This document shows, in pieces, positions 57,467-64,000 of a stretch of 64,000 bases of DNA (position 1 is the first letter of the stretch; each line of letters starts with the position of its first letter). Below the pieces are notes generated by a model. It saw only the letters and a list, made by a program, of their open reading frames with translations. It was not told the origin of the DNA and made no database searches. Both the position numbers and the translations under genes were made by a program. The stretch comes from a virus (lineage: Duplodnaviria > Heunggongvirae > Uroviricota > Caudoviricetes), in the IMG/VR virus record IMGVR_UViG_3300042486_001111, one strand, 5' to 3'.

Positions 57467-57494
57467 AAAAGGGGGGTACAAAATGTACCCCCCC
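57467..57494 (-). terminator. intrinsic terminator (ggggggtaca-aaa-tgtacccccc)
   Basis: 10-bp GC-rich hairpin followed by a T-run on the minus strand. Confidence 0.55.
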
Positions 57495-57516
57495 TTCAAA
57501 CAAAAACTTTAGAGAA

Positions 57517-57717
57517 TTAGGCTTTCTCACCTACCCACTTAACTACAGAATTAAGTCCATAAATTTGAGTTATCTTTTGAACAAATCTTTTAGGATTTTT
57601 TCTAATGTAACTTAATGATTCTGTAGGGACATTTGTTTTAGAGGGTCCGAATAGAGAAAGTAATTCCTCTTCTCTGTTTTTAACTGCCTTTTGAGACACT
57701 TTTTTGACGTTTTTCAT
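57517..57717 (-). CDS. small basic protein (66 aa)
   Basis: Intact ORF; Lys/Arg-rich. Confidence 0.4.
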   Translation of the reverse strand: MKNVKKVSQKAVKNREEELLSLFGPSKTNVPTESLSYIRKNPKRFVQKITQIYGLNSVVKWVGEKA

Positions 57718-57740
57718 AATGTGATTATTAATTTTTTATA

Positions 57741-57769
57741 ATGTTAATGAAAAAAATCTACAATGTCAA
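57741..57769 (-). promoter_or_regulatory. sigma70-like promoter TTGACAttgt-17-TAACAT (weaker -10)
   Basis: Minus strand reads TATTGACATTGTAGATTTTTTTCATTAACAT; 23-nt leader to the ATG. Confidence 0.3.
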
Positions 57770-57783
57770 TACCCCTAATAAAA

Positions 57784-58209
57784 TTATTCTACCTCTAGAA
57801 TTTCAATATCAAAAATTAGTTTTTTACCAGCCATAGGGTGATTAGCGTCTATTGTAACACCATCATCAGTAATTTCTGTAACAGTTACCACCATAGTACC
57901 TCTTTCACTCTCAGATTGTAAAACGTCACCAACACTGACACCCATAGGGAATCTACCTTTCTCTAACGTAGTCACTAAACCATCTAAGTATTCTCCATAC
58001 GCATCTGAAGGTTCAATTTCTACGGTGACTTTATCACCAACACTTTTATCTAAAATACCTTTTTCAAAACCAGGAATTAAATTACCTTGACCTAAAATAG
58101 TTCTTAATGGTTCTCTTCCTTCACTTAGTGATGAATCGAATACTGTTCCGTCCTCTAATCTTCCTGTGTAATGGACTGTTACACTCTTATTTAGTTCAAC
58201 TTTACTCAT
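57784..58209 (-). CDS. slyD: FKBP-type peptidyl-prolyl cis-trans isomerase, SlyD-like (no His-rich tail)
   Basis: VTVHYTGRLEDGTVFDSS...G.G.LIPGFE...VGDK..V...P.DAYGEY...ANHP.AGK.L.F...L. Confidence 0.75.
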   Translation of the reverse strand: MSKVELNKSVTVHYTGRLEDGTVFDSSLSEGREPLRTILGQGNLIPGFEKGILDKSVGDKVTVEIEPSDAYGEYLDGLVTTLEKGRFPMGVSVGDVLQSESERGTMVVTVTEITDDGVTIDANHPMAGKKLIFDIEILEVE

Positions 58210-58258
58210 AATATTTTTTTATTTAATTATATAATACTCCACCACATAGTAAAGTATT

Positions 58259-58681
58259 TTATAGACTTATTTCAAATCTGTCTTTCATTATCTGAATTTT
58301 GTCTTCAGGTACACCGTGTTCATTTATACCATTATGTCTGTTCTCTACGATTATTGAAAACACTTTATATTCATATTGTTTCGCCAACTCATAATAACGA
58401 TCCATTTCCCATTCTTGTGTGAAGGTATTCGAAACGGCAATCTCTCTGTAGAAGTTATCATTAACCAACGAATCCTTCATATATGTTTCGACAGTATCCT
58501 GACAAAATTTATGGGCATCTTTGATTTTGGTAAAATCAAAATTATACTCCCCAGTTTCTTTATCGACAAAATATTTGTCTGCCTCACAAACTAAGAAATC
58601 GTCTCCCACTAATCTTTTAGCGAATGTAGATTTACCTGAACCAGGTACACCTCTTACAATATATAAAATTTTTTCACTCAT
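58259..58681 (-). CDS. P-loop polynucleotide 5'-kinase-like protein (T4 Pnk kinase-domain-like)
   Basis: Start set at MSEKILYIVRGVPGSGKSTFAKR; CEADKYF, IAVSNTF and ENRHNGINEHGVPEDKI parallel the T4 Pnk kinase motifs. Confidence 0.55.
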   Translation of the reverse strand: MSEKILYIVRGVPGSGKSTFAKRLVGDDFLVCEADKYFVDKETGEYNFDFTKIKDAHKFCQDTVETYMKDSLVNDNFYREIAVSNTFTQEWEMDRYYELAKQYEYKVFSIIVENRHNGINEHGVPEDKIQIMKDRFEISL

Positions 58682-58860
58682 CGTTTTAAAATTAAATAAC
58701 CTATCACCAAAAAGATAATGAATAATAAGAATGGTATCCACAAAGGACTTGTGATCCACCACCAACTCCAATCAATATGGTTTGTCAATTTTAAAACCAT
58801 AAAAATAAGGAAAAGAACCATCCCGATTCCAATTCCACTAGAACTACTTTCTCTACTCAT
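58678..58860 (-). CDS. small membrane protein (60 aa, Trp-rich TM)
   Basis: GIGMVLFLIFMVL...WWWITSPLWIPFLLFIIFLVIGYLIL; ATGA overlap with the kinase. Confidence 0.4.
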   Translation of the reverse strand: MSRESSSSGIGIGMVLFLIFMVLKLTNHIDWSWWWITSPLWIPFLLFIIFLVIGYLILKR

Positions 58861-58875
58861 ATATATTAATTTAAT

Positions 58876-59532
58876 TTAAATTCTTTTTTCGTGATGATCC
58901 TTTGGTAAGGATAATTTTCTAATAGGTTGGTTTTTAACGATAGATAAAACCTCGTCCAAAGATATTGGGTGTAAGTTGTTACCGTCTACTCCAACATCTA
59001 ATGATTTACCCTCACCCAATCGTAAATTAGGTGGTAAATGTACGTGACCGTGTAAATGAATTACACCGTCATTCATACTATCCCAAGACGCAATTGGATA
59101 GTGCATACACACAAAAGAGTATTTATCCATTTGTCCTTTACCAACAATAGATGGGCGACGAATATCTAAAAACAAATAATCGTGTGTAGAACTGAAGATA
59201 TCCTTTATGTCTTCTTTATTATTACGAATATGGTGATCGTGATTACCATACGTTAAATGAATGTTCTTACAGACAATACGATTACGGAATTCAGAAATTT
59301 TTTCAAACCCACCAAAACTCCAATCGCCTAAATGGACTAACACATCATTTTCACCAACAACTTCATTAATATTATTCACCAATGCATCATTCATCTGACT
59401 AAGAGACTTAAACTTACGAGTTAGATTCTCCGCACCAACCCAAGTTGTAGTCGCAGAACAAATATTAGCGTGATTGTAATGTGTGTCACTTGTAAAAAAT
59501 ATACGTTGACCTTTTTCTAAAACTAATTTCAT
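58876..59532 (-). CDS. calcineurin-like metallophosphoesterase
   Basis: FFTSDTHYNH...LGDWSFGG...GNHDHH...HGHVH. Confidence 0.7.
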   Translation of the reverse strand: MKLVLEKGQRIFFTSDTHYNHANICSATTTWVGAENLTRKFKSLSQMNDALVNNINEVVGENDVLVHLGDWSFGGFEKISEFRNRIVCKNIHLTYGNHDHHIRNNKEDIKDIFSSTHDYLFLDIRRPSIVGKGQMDKYSFVCMHYPIASWDSMNDGVIHLHGHVHLPPNLRLGEGKSLDVGVDGNNLHPISLDEVLSIVKNQPIRKLSLPKDHHEKRI

Positions 59533-59555
59533 ATTGTAAAAGTAATGATTAATTT

Positions 59556-60206
59556 TTAATTATCCAAACAATCAGGTAAAAAAAGTAATGTTGGGTTCTT
59601 TTTTTGTATGTCTACGTCAGGATACTTATCTTTGAACTTCTTTACATCGAACTTTTTTGTGATTAAATGGTGTCCATTTTTAGTTGGTATAATTGCCTCT
59701 ATTTTGGGTCCAACTTCATGTCCAATTGGCATTCCTACCTCGTCAAATTTAACTTTGGTAATTGGATCACATTTATATTCAATAAATGCTATCATCACAG
59801 GACTATAAAGGTGTTCACCATCTACATCTACAATCCATCTCTTCTCCTGTGTTTTAATTTGTCCAACAACAGAATCAAACAAACCTTTCTGATTTGTCAC
59901 ACCGTCTCTAATACGTTCCGCAAGTAATGACAACATATTCAAAGAAACATCATTATGATTTTGTTTCTGAACGTGAATGTATGCCCTAGCCTTAAACATC
60001 TCACATAATTGTTTTACCTCATCGTATCTTCTTTCTAAATGTTCTACCGAATCAATACAATAAGTTTTGATAGTACGAACTGATTGGTGGTTATCTCTTT
60101 CACCTTCTGGTTGATCCTTCTTTCTTTTAAAGACATACAACATATAAAAGTCACCTTTTTCTGTGAAATTTAATAACGGTTTAATTAATTCTATATTATC
60201 TATCAT
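59556..60206 (-). CDS. hypothetical protein (216 aa) inside the RNA-repair gene neighbourhood
   Basis: Intact ORF; ATGA overlap with the RNA ligase gene. Confidence 0.45.
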   Translation of the reverse strand: MIDNIELIKPLLNFTEKGDFYMLYVFKRKKDQPEGERDNHQSVRTIKTYCIDSVEHLERRYDEVKQLCEMFKARAYIHVQKQNHNDVSLNMLSLLAERIRDGVTNQKGLFDSVVGQIKTQEKRWIVDVDGEHLYSPVMIAFIEYKCDPITKVKFDEVGMPIGHEVGPKIEAIIPTKNGHHLITKKFDVKKFKDKYPDVDIQKKNPTLLFLPDCLDN

Positions 60207-61273
60207 AACTTTTTAAATTCTGGTTTAAGTGCCTTCCAAATAATCTTATCATAATCTTTTCCATCCCACATCGCAAACATTATTGCCTTAACGATTGGGT
60301 GTTTATCTTTAATAAATTCCGCAAACTCTTTCTTAGTCGGTTCCACTTCTATGTCACCATATTTACCAAACCTAAAGTAATCATATGTTTTACCTAATTG
60401 ATTCCAGTATTGGTAATACCCATAGTTTAAAGAACTAACATATAATTTAATTTTATTGTAGAATTCATCTGGTACATCTTTTAATAACTCCAACACATCT
60501 TTACCCTCACTTAACATTTCCCATATTGCAGTGGTAGATACGTTAGTCATTATCTTATGTAGACGAAGATACTCCTCACCCTTAACTTTCATCCTATCAC
60601 CGTTAGAGAACTGAACAACGAAACCTTCTTCATCGTCTCCTATCATTCCCTTCAATAATGAATAGTCTTTTATACCATCGTATTGTTTTACTACCTTAAA
60701 ACCAATATTAGTTATTAAATTTTTTAATCTGATATCATTCTCTTCATTACATAAATCAACTTCATAACCAGTTTTAGTTTCTATCATACCCAATAAAACC
60801 AAATCCTCAAATGAGTATTTTACCACAATACGATTCTCATCATATATTATCTCAAACAGATATGTATAATCTTTATGAAGTTTCTCATAGCCATAGTTCT
60901 TCAACATCTCAAACCCTTTAACTGCCTGATCAGAAGTAAAGGAACCTCTAGTCGCCAAAACCCAAACATCATTATAAGAAAATAGAATACCCAAAGAACC
61001 ATCCATCTTTTCGTAGACACTAAATTGTTCTGTAGGTGTATGTCTACCCTCTTCTATGTTAAAGAATTTACGGAATGGTCTTGCCACAATATCCCCATTA
61101 GAGTTTGTAACTAATCCACGACACATTAATGTGATGTCATCCCATAGTCCTTCGTACTGAACCTTTTCAGAATAATTCCAAATATCTAAATCCAATGTCT
61201 GATGGGATTGTCTGTATAACAATCCATCCTCTTCATATTTTTTAAGTATCTCTTTCATATCCTTATTTTTCAA
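60203..61273 (-). CDS. ATP-dependent RNA ligase (covalent nucleotidyltransferase, KxDG)
   Basis: Motif I YEKMDGS, motif IV EEGFVVQF, motif V RMKVKGEEY. Confidence 0.65.
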   Translation of the reverse strand: MKNKDMKEILKKYEEDGLLYRQSHQTLDLDIWNYSEKVQYEGLWDDITLMCRGLVTNSNGDIVARPFRKFFNIEEGRHTPTEQFSVYEKMDGSLGILFSYNDVWVLATRGSFTSDQAVKGFEMLKNYGYEKLHKDYTYLFEIIYDENRIVVKYSFEDLVLLGMIETKTGYEVDLCNEENDIRLKNLITNIGFKVVKQYDGIKDYSLLKGMIGDDEEGFVVQFSNGDRMKVKGEEYLRLHKIMTNVSTTAIWEMLSEGKDVLELLKDVPDEFYNKIKLYVSSLNYGYYQYWNQLGKTYDYFRFGKYGDIEVEPTKKEFAEFIKDKHPIVKAIMFAMWDGKDYDKIIWKALKPEFKKL

Positions 61274-61997
61274 ATGTTGGTTTTAACCACATATCCCCAC
61301 CAAACATAATGTCCAAAATTTTAGGGTTAACTGTTTTTATTCTAGAAAACAATTCCAAAGACTTTAACGTATCGTGTTTTAACATCTTTAAAAGTTCTTC
61401 TCTGATTCTTTCCTTTGATACTACCAGCTCTAATTTATCTACAACACTATCCATTAAACAAGTCTCCCAAATCGTAGGTGATATCTCAAAACCTTTGGTG
61501 ATTGAGAATCTAAATGCCCTAATCAATCTTAATGGATCATCTAACATAGTTACTCTTGCATCTAATGGAGTTAACAGTAGTTTATTTTCTAATGCCCAAA
61601 TACCATCGAACAAATCTATAATTGCACCGTTCTCATCTTTCGCCAATGCGTTCAACGTAAAGTCTCTACGAACCAAATCATCTTCCAACCTACCCAATTC
61701 TAAAATAGGTTTTCTTGTACCTTCAACATATCCCACCTCTTTTCTTGCGAGAACAAAATCTGCAACCAAACCATAATGGAAGTGATCTTTAGGGAACTTT
61801 GCCCTAATAGTAAAACAGTCGGGTGTACTTAAGAAAATAGTAAATTCCTTATGTAATAGCCAATCAGTCATTATTTGGAATCCCTCCTCTACGGTTCGAT
61901 TCAAATTGTCTAAGACAAATGTAAAATCGATGTCGTTTGTTTCCACACCCATCAATTCATCTCTAACACAACCACCTACTTCATATATTTTTGGCAT
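61263..61997 (-). CDS. cca: tRNA nucleotidyltransferase (CCA-adding enzyme), class II head domain
   Basis: Start set at MPKIYEVGGCVRDELMG...DIDF; RRDFTLNALA; DPLRLIRAFRFS. The longer ORF (to 62021) is less likely. Confidence 0.8.
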   Translation of the reverse strand: MPKIYEVGGCVRDELMGVETNDIDFTFVLDNLNRTVEEGFQIMTDWLLHKEFTIFLSTPDCFTIRAKFPKDHFHYGLVADFVLARKEVGYVEGTRKPILELGRLEDDLVRRDFTLNALAKDENGAIIDLFDGIWALENKLLLTPLDARVTMLDDPLRLIRAFRFSITKGFEISPTIWETCLMDSVVDKLELVVSKERIREELLKMLKHDTLKSLELFSRIKTVNPKILDIMFGGDMWLKPTFEK

Positions 61998-61999
61998 AA

Positions 62000-62236
62000 T
62001 TAAAAATTTACATTTACACATTCCTCACCATTCCAATCGGCAGTAACTCTATCCCATATACCCTCAGTATCTCTATAAATTATATCCATTCCAACAATAC
62101 TTTCACCAATTACTTCCCTTATCTCAGTTAGGACATTTTCAAAGTTATTCGTCACCGACATAAAATTACCATACCACTCATCAACAATCTTTAATTCATT
62201 ACCATCAATGGTGAAACTATAGTTTGACTTTCTCAT
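62000..62236 (-). CDS. hypothetical protein (78 aa)
   Basis: Intact ORF. Confidence 0.4.
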   Translation of the reverse strand: MRKSNYSFTIDGNELKIVDEWYGNFMSVTNNFENVLTEIREVIGESIVGMDIIYRDTEGIWDRVTADWNGEECVNVNF

Positions 62237-62274
62237 ATGTTATTATTGAAGAACAAATATAGTAAAAATGTTTT

Positions 62275-62306
62275 ATATAAACAAAAAAAAGGTGATTAAA
62301 AATCAC
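62275..62306 (-). terminator. intrinsic terminator (aggtga...tcacct hairpin + T8 on minus strand)
   Basis: aaaaaaaaggtgattaaaaatcacct. Confidence 0.5.
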
Positions 62307-62520
62307 CTTATATCGAAATTATTTAGTTTCTTCTTTCTTTTTGGTTTTCCTCACCTTTTTTTCCTTAACTTCCTCTATCTCATCATTAGGTATTTCTATT
62401 AATGCGTATTCAGGAAAAAACTGATTCATACCGATACCCACACAAACTTCTACAAATTTTTTGTTATTACTCATTTTTTTATTTTTATTTTTTGTTATCA
62501 GGTTAATACTTTATTTTTAG

Positions 62521-62598
62521 TAGTCAGGGTAGGATTCGAACCTACAATGAGCAACCTTTTTACGGGATTCGGCACCGCGCCTCATTACACTCCTGACT
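62521..62598 (-). tRNA. aberrant tRNA-like element (canonical acceptor stem and T-arm; non-canonical D/anticodon region; anticodon unassigned)
   Basis: Minus strand reads AGTCAGG-AG-TGTAATGAGGCGCGGTGCCGAATCCCGTAAAAAGGTTGCTCATT-GTAGG-TTCGAAT-CCTAC-CCTGACT-A. No standard cloverleaf; contains a 6-bp AATGAG/CTCATT stem enclosing 29 nt. Confidence 0.35.
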
Positions 62599-62754
62599 AA
62601 ATTATGATGATAGTGTTGGGATACCCATCTCGTCCCAATCTTAACTGCTTAACCCTAGTTTTACGATGCATCGGCAGGGGGTGCTGAATTCCGAATCCAT
62701 TCTGAATTGTCGACATCCGTTGAATGGGGAAAACCACTATCATTATCTTACTAT

Positions 62755-62828
62755 GTGGTCCCTGTTGGGATCGAACCAACCACCTACTGATTATGAGTCA
62801 GTTGCTCTAACCGAATGAGCTAAGGGAC
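62755..62828 (-). tRNA. tRNA-Met (CAT) (elongator or Ile2-lysidine type)
   Basis: GGTCCCT-TA-GCTC-ATTCGGTTA-GAGC-A-ACTGA-CTCATAA-TCAGT-AGGTG-GTTGG-TTCGATC-CCAAC-AGGGACC-A folded by hand; 74 nt. Confidence 0.8.
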
Positions 62829-62908
62829 CTAATGGGTAGAATCAGACGCGTTCTGTCTACCGAGACCTTGTCGTTAACTTTCGTCAGAGCGGAACAAGAC
62901 ACTATTAG

Positions 62909-62982
62909 TGATCCCGAATGGATTCGAACCATTGACCTACTGCTTAGAAGGCAGTTGCTCTATCCAGCTGAGCTACGGGACC
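62909..62982 (-). tRNA. tRNA-Arg (TCT)
   Basis: GGTCCCG-TA-GCTC-AGCTGGATA-GAGC-A-ACTGC-CTTCTAA-GCAGT-AGGTC-AATGG-TTCGAAT-CCATT-CGGGATC-A; 74 nt. Confidence 0.8.
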
Positions 62983-63153
62983 AATTTTAAAAGATGATGA
63001 ATGACTTTATCAGGAATCTCGCCTTCGACTTCACACACCATTAGAGAGTCGGGAATTACGACAATACAATTAAGAATGTCAACCTATCCTTAGTGTGTAC
63101 CCTTGCGTCACGTCTCTCCACGCTTATCATTCTACGCTTTGTATCACCTTTTG

Positions 63154-63238
63154 TAGTCGGGGCGGGAATCGAACCCGCACGGACGCAATGTCCATTGGAT
63201 TTTAAGTCCAACGTGTCTACCTATTCCACCACCCGACC
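63154..63238 (-). tRNA. tRNA-Leu (TAA), type II with long variable arm
   Basis: GGTCGGG-TG-GTG-GAATAGGTAGA-CAC-G-TTGGA-CTTAAAA-TCCAA-TGGACATTGCGTCCGT-GCGGG-TTCGATT-CCCGC-CCCGACT-A; 85 nt. Confidence 0.75.
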
Positions 63239-63273
63239 AAAAGTATTAACCAATAAATTAAAGAACATTCTAG

Positions 63274-63345
63274 TACTGCCACGGGGAATCGAACCCCGCT
63301 TTTATGGATGAAAACCATAGGTCCTAACCGATAGACGATGGCAGC
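63274..63345 (-). tRNA. tRNA-Glu (TTC)
   Basis: GCTGCCA-TC-GTCT-ATCGGTTA-GGAC-C-TATGG-TTTTCAT-CCATA-AAAG-CGGGG-TTCGATT-CCCCG-TGGCAGT-A; 72 nt. Confidence 0.75.
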
Positions 63346-63351
63346 GGTTTG

Positions 63352-63426
63352 CGGTGCGTATGGGATTCGAACCCATGACCTCTGCCGTGACAGGGCAGCA
63401 TTCTAACCAGGCTAAACTAACGCACC
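63352..63426 (-). tRNA. tRNA-Asp (GTC)
   Basis: GGTGCGT-TA-GTTT-AGCCTGGTTA-GAAT-G-CTGCC-CTGTCAC-GGCAG-AGGTC-ATGGG-TTCGAAT-CCCAT-ACGCACC-G; 75 nt; 6 nt from tRNA-Glu. Confidence 0.8.
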
Positions 63427-63877
63427 ATACCCCCTTTATTAACCCCATTCTGATTATCTTTATACTACAATCAGACGTTACTAATGTAGTCCTTATCGTA
63501 TTGTCTGACACCACTATCATATTACCCTAGTGACTTAGGCATCCACAGTGAGGAGTTAGGGGGACTAGTATTATAAAACCAACAGGACTATCAAACACCT
63601 TTACTCCGTAGTCTTAGTATTTTATCGACTTTAAGAGATCTGTACTCGATTCTTTTCGATTAGACTTTTAATCCTTATCGATTATACCTTTCCTCCCAGA
63701 CTTCGTATTCTTTGCGCAAACCTATCCGAAGTTCAAAGGGTCAGGTCCTTTAGTGATGAAAAATTAGTCATCTTATTTGATAGAACACTGTTGGTTTAAA
63801 TATGTTTCAAAGAACGCTTTCTTTTTTTCTTTTACAATTATAACTACTATTTTTTAAAAAAACAATAGATATGACAA

Positions 63878-64000
63878 TTATTTTTCAGATATTTTATCTA
63901 AGATTTTAGACAAAGAATGGACTATCTGAGATTTAATCTCATTCTCATAACCCATTCTAAGATCTTCAGTCTTTTCGTTATAACTACGAATAAGTTTATT
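63878..64000 (-). CDS. 5'-truncated CDS running off the window end (C-terminal ...RMGYENEIKSQIVHSLSKILDKISEK)
   Basis: Open frame from the window edge to the stop at 63878-63880. Confidence 0.3.
   Translation of the reverse strand, partial: NKLIRSYNEKTEDLRMGYENEIKSQIVHSLSKILDKISEK

Noticed and set aside
57517-57717. 66-aa basic protein considered as a second ribosomal protein
   Set aside because: I could not match it to any ribosomal-protein family pattern from memory. Left as hypothetical.
62597-63520. ORFs 62597..62779 (-), 63093..63311 (+) and 63302..63520 (-)
   Set aside because: They overlap the hand-folded tRNA genes and their spacers. These are tRNA-array artefacts.
1-64000. Interpretation as a eukaryotic giant-virus (Mimiviridae-like) segment, prompted by the AT-richness, paralog families and hairpin signals
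   Set aside because: A sigma-70-family sigma factor, bacterial-type intrinsic terminators with T-tracts, TTGACA/TATAAT promoters, bS21, SlyD-type FKBP and LpxH-like genes all point to a bacteriophage of a bacterial host.

Overview
This window is strongly AT-rich and very gene-dense. About 85% of the ORFs lie on the minus strand, with 0-4 nt gaps or ATGA-type overlaps between them. It contains: many A-tract/GC-hairpin/T-tract intrinsic terminators; a sigma-70-family sigma factor; thymidine kinase; a GMP-reductase/IMPDH-family enzyme; thioredoxin; a SlyD-type FKBP; ferritin; a bS21-like ribosomal protein; an HNH endonuclease; an RNA ligase, a Pnk-like kinase, a metallophosphoesterase and a CCA-adding enzyme next to a minus-strand array of 5 canonical tRNAs (Met-CAT, Arg-TCT, Leu-TAA, Glu-TTC, Asp-GTC) plus one aberrant tRNA-like element. 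I read it as a segment of a large (jumbo/huge) dsDNA bacteriophage genome, not cellular or eukaryotic-viral DNA. The dominant, unexplained feature is more than 30 paralogous genes in at least four families. Each family shares a highly conserved 15-25 aa N-terminal leader: 'MKKIVKLTESDLNRIVKRVI[RS]E', 'MKN[LI]IR[RK]ILKEE', 'M.NL[QN]E[QE]I.RI..MMG.ITE' or 'MKI[KR]LTE[TN]QY[NK]RLL'. These leaders are fused to unrelated C-terminal domains: LysM, an HExxH peptidase, a ParB-like nuclease, P-loop kinases, a GNAT-like fold, an NT5C/HAD-like fold and a flavoprotein-like fold. All leaders contain [LIV]-x-E motifs, the T4 prohead-protease (gp21) cleavage consensus, so I propose they are capsid-targeting propeptides marking a large arsenal of packaged/ejected proteins. 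Other notable items are: a 627-aa protein built of six tandem ~100-aa modules that recur singly in neighbouring paralogs; two promoter classes (TTGACA-17-TATAAT/TATATT placed 6 nt before the ATG, and a palindromic TATTTATAAATA box before most paralog genes); GC-rich structured intergenic islands with an orphan promoter (candidate ncRNA); and a candidate tRNA/RNA-repair cassette. Coordinates of the self-derived non-ORF features may be off by 1-2 nt. Product calls are motif-based only, because no database search was possible.
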